From Mytilus trossulus (lineage: Eukaryota), in NCBI RefSeq assembly GCF_036588685.1, contig NC_086373.1, forward strand, positions 73,780,001-73,844,000: 64,000 nucleotides of DNA, read 5' to 3'. The notes beneath the pieces are model-generated. The model had not been told where the DNA came from. It saw only the letters and a list, made by a program, of their open reading frames with translations, and ran no database searches. Positions within the stretch are counted from its first letter, which is position 1; each line of letters begins with the position of its first letter. Below are positions 60,901 to 64,000 of the stretch, one piece after another. The position numbers and the translations under genes are program-made.

Positions 60901-63579
60901 TTTTTAAAAGTGTGTATGAGGATCTCTAGATTTGAATTACATAATAAGTGGCCTTCTCAGTTATCTTTCTTGAAGTTGTTGTCTGCAATTTCTTTTTTAT
61001 CAGAAATTTAGATGTTGTCTGATATAGCAGTTGCTTTGTAATCAAAAATTGAAATTACCTCTTGAACTGCTTGCACTATTTTGCTACCTAAACAAATTCA
61101 GTTGGCTATATATTAAAACAAATGATGTTTTTTTCCTCATTAGAATAAACAAATCTAGCTGATGCATATTTTGGAATTATACTTCCCTTTTGGCTAAAGT
61201 TCTTGTTGAATTTTACCGAAAAAGGTCATCTTTTAAAACTAAAACACAAACTAAACAAGGAGCCAGCCAATCTTTTGGATGATCTTAGAACAAACTTTAA
61301 TCATTTGTTAGTTGTTATGATAAATTGAATATGCAACTAAACTTGTAGAGCAAATAGTTTCTTGGTAAACTTTTGAGTTTAAAGTGTATTGTCAGATAAG
61401 GCAAGTGCATCATTTTATAAAAAGTAGATACAAATGTATAAGGGAAATGGCAATTACATGAAAAACCAAAAAATATCAAGTGGTCAACTTACAGTTTTCA
61501 ACAAAATTCAGGCTGGTCATGTTCTAAATTGCTGGAAGTTGTGACTAGATATCATTAACAGAGATTTGACAGTCACCACAAACTTACCATTTGACAAAAA
61601 TATTAAGACAACTTTTTTAAATTTTGGATCCTCCATTCTCTTCAACTTTGTACTTGTTTGGTTTTATAAATATTTTTATTATGAGTGTCACTGATGAGTC
61701 TTGTGTAGATTAAACGCGCGTCTGGCGTACTAAATTATAATCCTGGTATCTTTGATAACTATAAAGAGGTAATGACAAAAAACAACCACTGATAAGGATC
61801 CTGACATGTAACAGACACATACACACTATTCTTATAAACAACTAAAAGGAATGAAGTCATATTTGGTCAGCACGCAGCAGCTTAAAAAGATATCAGTTGT
61901 AAAATGTGAGCAAAGTTCTGTTCTGTTAGACACTTTTATCTTATTATTTTTCAATATTTTGACTGAACTTTGTAAAATGTTTTGTTTCAAATTAGGCTGT
62001 TTCTCAATTGAATTGTTTTGTATTTTTCATGTGTGGATGTATTATAGCCGACTATACTGTATGTGTTTTTCTTATTGAGTCATTGTTGGAGGCTGTACAT
62101 GTACAGTTGCCTATAAAAGCTTACATCCACTACATTGGAACCAAATCTCCTTATTTTATATTTAAAAAAATTTTGTGACACATTTCTTAAGTACATGTAC
62201 TACTGAACACATTGACTTAGTCAGATGCTTTAATAGCATTGATAAGTTTAATGTATGAGAACTTTTCAAATCAGTCAAAACTGTTTTCTATTTTCAGAAA
62301 CTTTTCTTAGATCAATCATACATGTCCTTCCTATTTTCAGATATTTTGATTTAGGAGTGGGGGTCTTGTTTTGTATGGCAATTAAATTAGCTTGTATGAC
62401 TAGTAACAGGGTTTAGATATTTCATTAGTAATGTCAATAATTTGCATGATAAGTAACAGTTAATGATAGAAAATGAAAAAAAATAATATATCATTTTTAA
62501 ATCATCTATATTTAGTATGATAAATACTTTTCATTAATAAAGCTTTGAAAAAGGGAAGTTCGCAGGTATTTACTTTAGTTACTTGCTCTGGTTATGCTGA
62601 AAATAGAAAACTTTAATGTAGAGAAAACTGAGTCATAATTGATATTAAGTTTTGGCTTTGATTAACAAAAGGCTAATTTTTGTCTTACCTTGACTCAGTC
62701 AAAATGTGAGACTAATGTGTGCTATTTCTGGTGCTAGCAGATTTGTTTGTGATTAGGTCAGTTTATGGGGAACCACTTATGATATTACAGTCAATGATAA
62801 TTAATATGCAGTTGTATTAATACCAGTATTGATACATCTCATTTCCATGGAAATCATTTGCCCCCTCAGTCAAAGTTTACTGAATTAAAAACTTTAGTCT
62901 AGAGTAAACATGGTAAAGTTTGTGATTATGTCAATTTAAGGGTATGCAGTTTCATAAGCATTTGTTATATCAGTAGATATTTTCACAGAAATTATTTGGC
63001 CCTGTACCCATAGTCATGGTTCATTGGCTTTGAATATTTTGCATATTTTACATTTCAAAGTACATGTATTGCAATTCCAATTTCAACAATTGTGTTTTAC
63101 TATCAAAAATATATGCAGGCTAGACAAATCTCTGTCAACAGTTTATTTTAAGTTTTACAATTATATTAAACAACTCTAGATCTATTACCATGTTTCTGAG
63201 GAAAACATTTACTAATGAAATAATTACCCCGGTATTTGAAATAAACCCAAATTTGAAAGTGGCAAAGGTACAAACTATTAAGAATGAATAAAAAAATGAA
63301 GACATCTTCTTATGTCTTTGACAATAATATTAATTTCCAATTTTTAGGGCATTAGTGATAGACCAGCAGACATTTCCAGCATTGCAATTCCTTGACCTAT
63401 CTGGTTGTGATAAAGTGACTTCTCTAGCTCTGACTGACCTGGTCAGTGTGTGTACCTCACTTGACCATCAGTTCTTATATTATTGTGACAATGTAACAGC
63501 AGATCCATATTCTGATTCTGCCAGTGGATGTCAGAACTTAGAATGTCCGACGAGAGCTTGTTGTCGTACAGGATGCTAG
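48943..63579 (+). CDS. FBXL5: F-box/LRR-repeat protein 5 (iron/oxygen-sensing SCF substrate receptor), 9 exons, 683 aa
   Basis: Exons 48943-49029, 54309-54644, 54918-55056, 55713-55946, 57383-57531, 58031-58144, 59436-59518, 60039-60716, 63348-63579 (2052 nt, phases consistent). N-terminus MAPNCPEEVDVFTIPHSRMK; hemerythrin EFKAHEQIEN, HSDN, PHMEEEE; F-box PDEVAIQIFSYLNPQDLGRCAQV; DEDADIDESE; LRRs; C-terminus YYCDN..SGCQNLEC..RACCR. Confidence 0.96.
49165..50729. mobile_element. Inverted-repeat element in FBXL5 intron 1 (outer shell)
   Basis: Perfect 36 bp inverted repeat cttgtttctatccattggaagacccactatcaacgt (49165-200 / 50694-729), with degenerate extension outward. No clear TSD. Confidence 0.65.
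49251..50605. mobile_element. 1355 bp non-autonomous DNA transposon, GG..CC termini, 8-bp TSD
   Basis: TIR ggatctcctgtagttggtgatcgcaatactggtata.. (~80 bp). Perfect TSD cttaaaac at 49243-50 and 50606-13. Arrays of caatactggta. Confidence 0.85.
50892..52272. mobile_element. MULE-type MITE with 9-11 bp TSD
   Basis: Imperfect TIR ..ggtctgttcgggccca / tgggcgcgaacggacc with gttcgcac sub-terminal repeats. Direct repeat (tc)gaaataagc at 50881-91 and 52271-81. Confidence 0.75.
51204..51842. mobile_element. hAT-type MITE nested in the MULE-MITE
   Basis: TIR cagggtttcccctgg / ccagcggaaaccctg. Perfect 8-bp TSD attataac at 51196-203 and 51843-50. ttcgcca sub-terminal motifs. Confidence 0.88.
52885..53600 (+). 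repeat. HINE-like repeat with ~4 degenerate ~150 bp tandem units
   Basis: Recurrent ctctaact..aaccaaatg..gaaacttatacac..tttgaattttggtgg..ttatgcccctt. Confidence 0.6.
55982..56400 (+). mobile_element. SINE-like repeat (longest copy of a family whose 3' end recurs at ~2603, 10210, 16250, 34020, 52800)
   Basis: Core tttaatcccgctgc..gcacctgtcctaagtcaggaat; tail ggagagttgtctcattggcactcacaccacatcttc. Confidence 0.65.
56440..56875 (+). mobile_element. HINE-like element with two internal units
   Basis: ttatacccc..aagggtataa 5' hairpin, gtcc/gtca microsatellite, ggggtat sub-terminal repeat and gtgagcgtgctcac 3' hairpin. Confidence 0.6.
58171..58610. mobile_element. Palindromic non-autonomous element (Crypton-like architecture)
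   Basis: Inverted arms 58171-58343: taaccataaattgtctcg..aatgttatttgtac..gaaacaggtagaa / ttctacctgtttc..gtacaaataacatt..cgagacaatgtatggtta. Confidence 0.55.
58995..59170. repeat. Palindromic repeat with a terminal 33 bp tandem duplication
   Basis: tttgtatgaggtcaatacaggatatatcgacc..aagaagtatat / atatacttctt..ggtcaatatatcctggtatcgacctcatacaaa. The last 33 bp are repeated at 59138-70. Confidence 0.65.
61608..61762 (+). mobile_element. Truncated retrozyme / Penelope-like pLTR repeat, copy 2
   Basis: Aligns with 28410-28563; lies in FBXL5 intron 8. Confidence 0.75.
61685..61728 (+). ncRNA. Type I hammerhead ribozyme motif, predicted inactive
   Basis: gtgtca CUGAUGA gtct-tgtgt-agat TAAA c-gcgc-g UC tggcgt. 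The conserved GAAA is TAAA (G12 lost at 61711). Confidence 0.7.
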
Positions 63580-64000
63580 GTAGGTGTAAATGTGTATATG
63601 TTCAAATTTTGTGTTTTTGTTTTTAACTCACTGTCCAAATTATAGTCATTTCAGAATTTGTTGTTGAATGTTCAAGTTTTTTTTTTTTTATTATTTTATA
63701 CCATACTCACTGTTTAGAATAAAGTCCAAACTTATTGTCATTTCAGAATTTGTGGTATGTTTTATAAGTAAGAAAGCATTAAGTTTATTGTTATTCTAGA
63801 TGTAAAGTATATATTTATAAATATGAAGCCATGACTATGAAGGTGTTGGAATACTATGTACCATGGAATTGATGTAGGGAATAATGATGACGGTTCAGTT
63901 ATTTGGATTATTAAATACATTAGAACTTGTTGGTCATACTCAAAGCAAAAGTTTTTAACCAGATTTTTGACGAAAATGTCGGTTATTGATTTGGGGATGT

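Noticed and set aside
48915-64000. Iron-responsive element in FBXL5 UTRs
   Set aside because: No CAGUGN-loop hairpin with a C bulge was seen in the visible UTR segments.

Overview
AT-rich, repeat-dense animal genomic DNA. The repeat families and a hammerhead-bearing repeat suggest a bivalve, probably Mytilus (inference). Three genes are supported. (1) The 3' part of a large uncharacterised coiled-coil gene on + (20 phase-consistent exons, 959-29607, about 1086 aa visible) with an internal repeat of about 451 aa. (2) An SPMIP1/ATP6V1FNB-family gene on - (48189-48770). (3) A complete 9-exon FBXL5 on + (48943-63579, 683 aa; hemerythrin, F-box, LRR and C-terminal Cys cluster). Genes 2 and 3 are head-to-head, with 172 bp between their ATGs; that gap holds an X-box-like motif, TCTCGCGAGA and a YY1-like motif. 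The introns hold many non-autonomous transposons, several nested and with readable TSDs. One is a 7.5 kb TTAA-flanked element whose ~950 bp inverted arms carry RFX X-box-like motifs. The most notable non-coding signal is two copies of a type I hammerhead ribozyme (retrozyme/Penelope-like repeat) at 28486-28529 and 61685-61728. Each lies sense to a host intron and each carries different damaging substitutions. Most short ORFs in the supplied track are spurious. All coordinates were read by eye and no database search was run.
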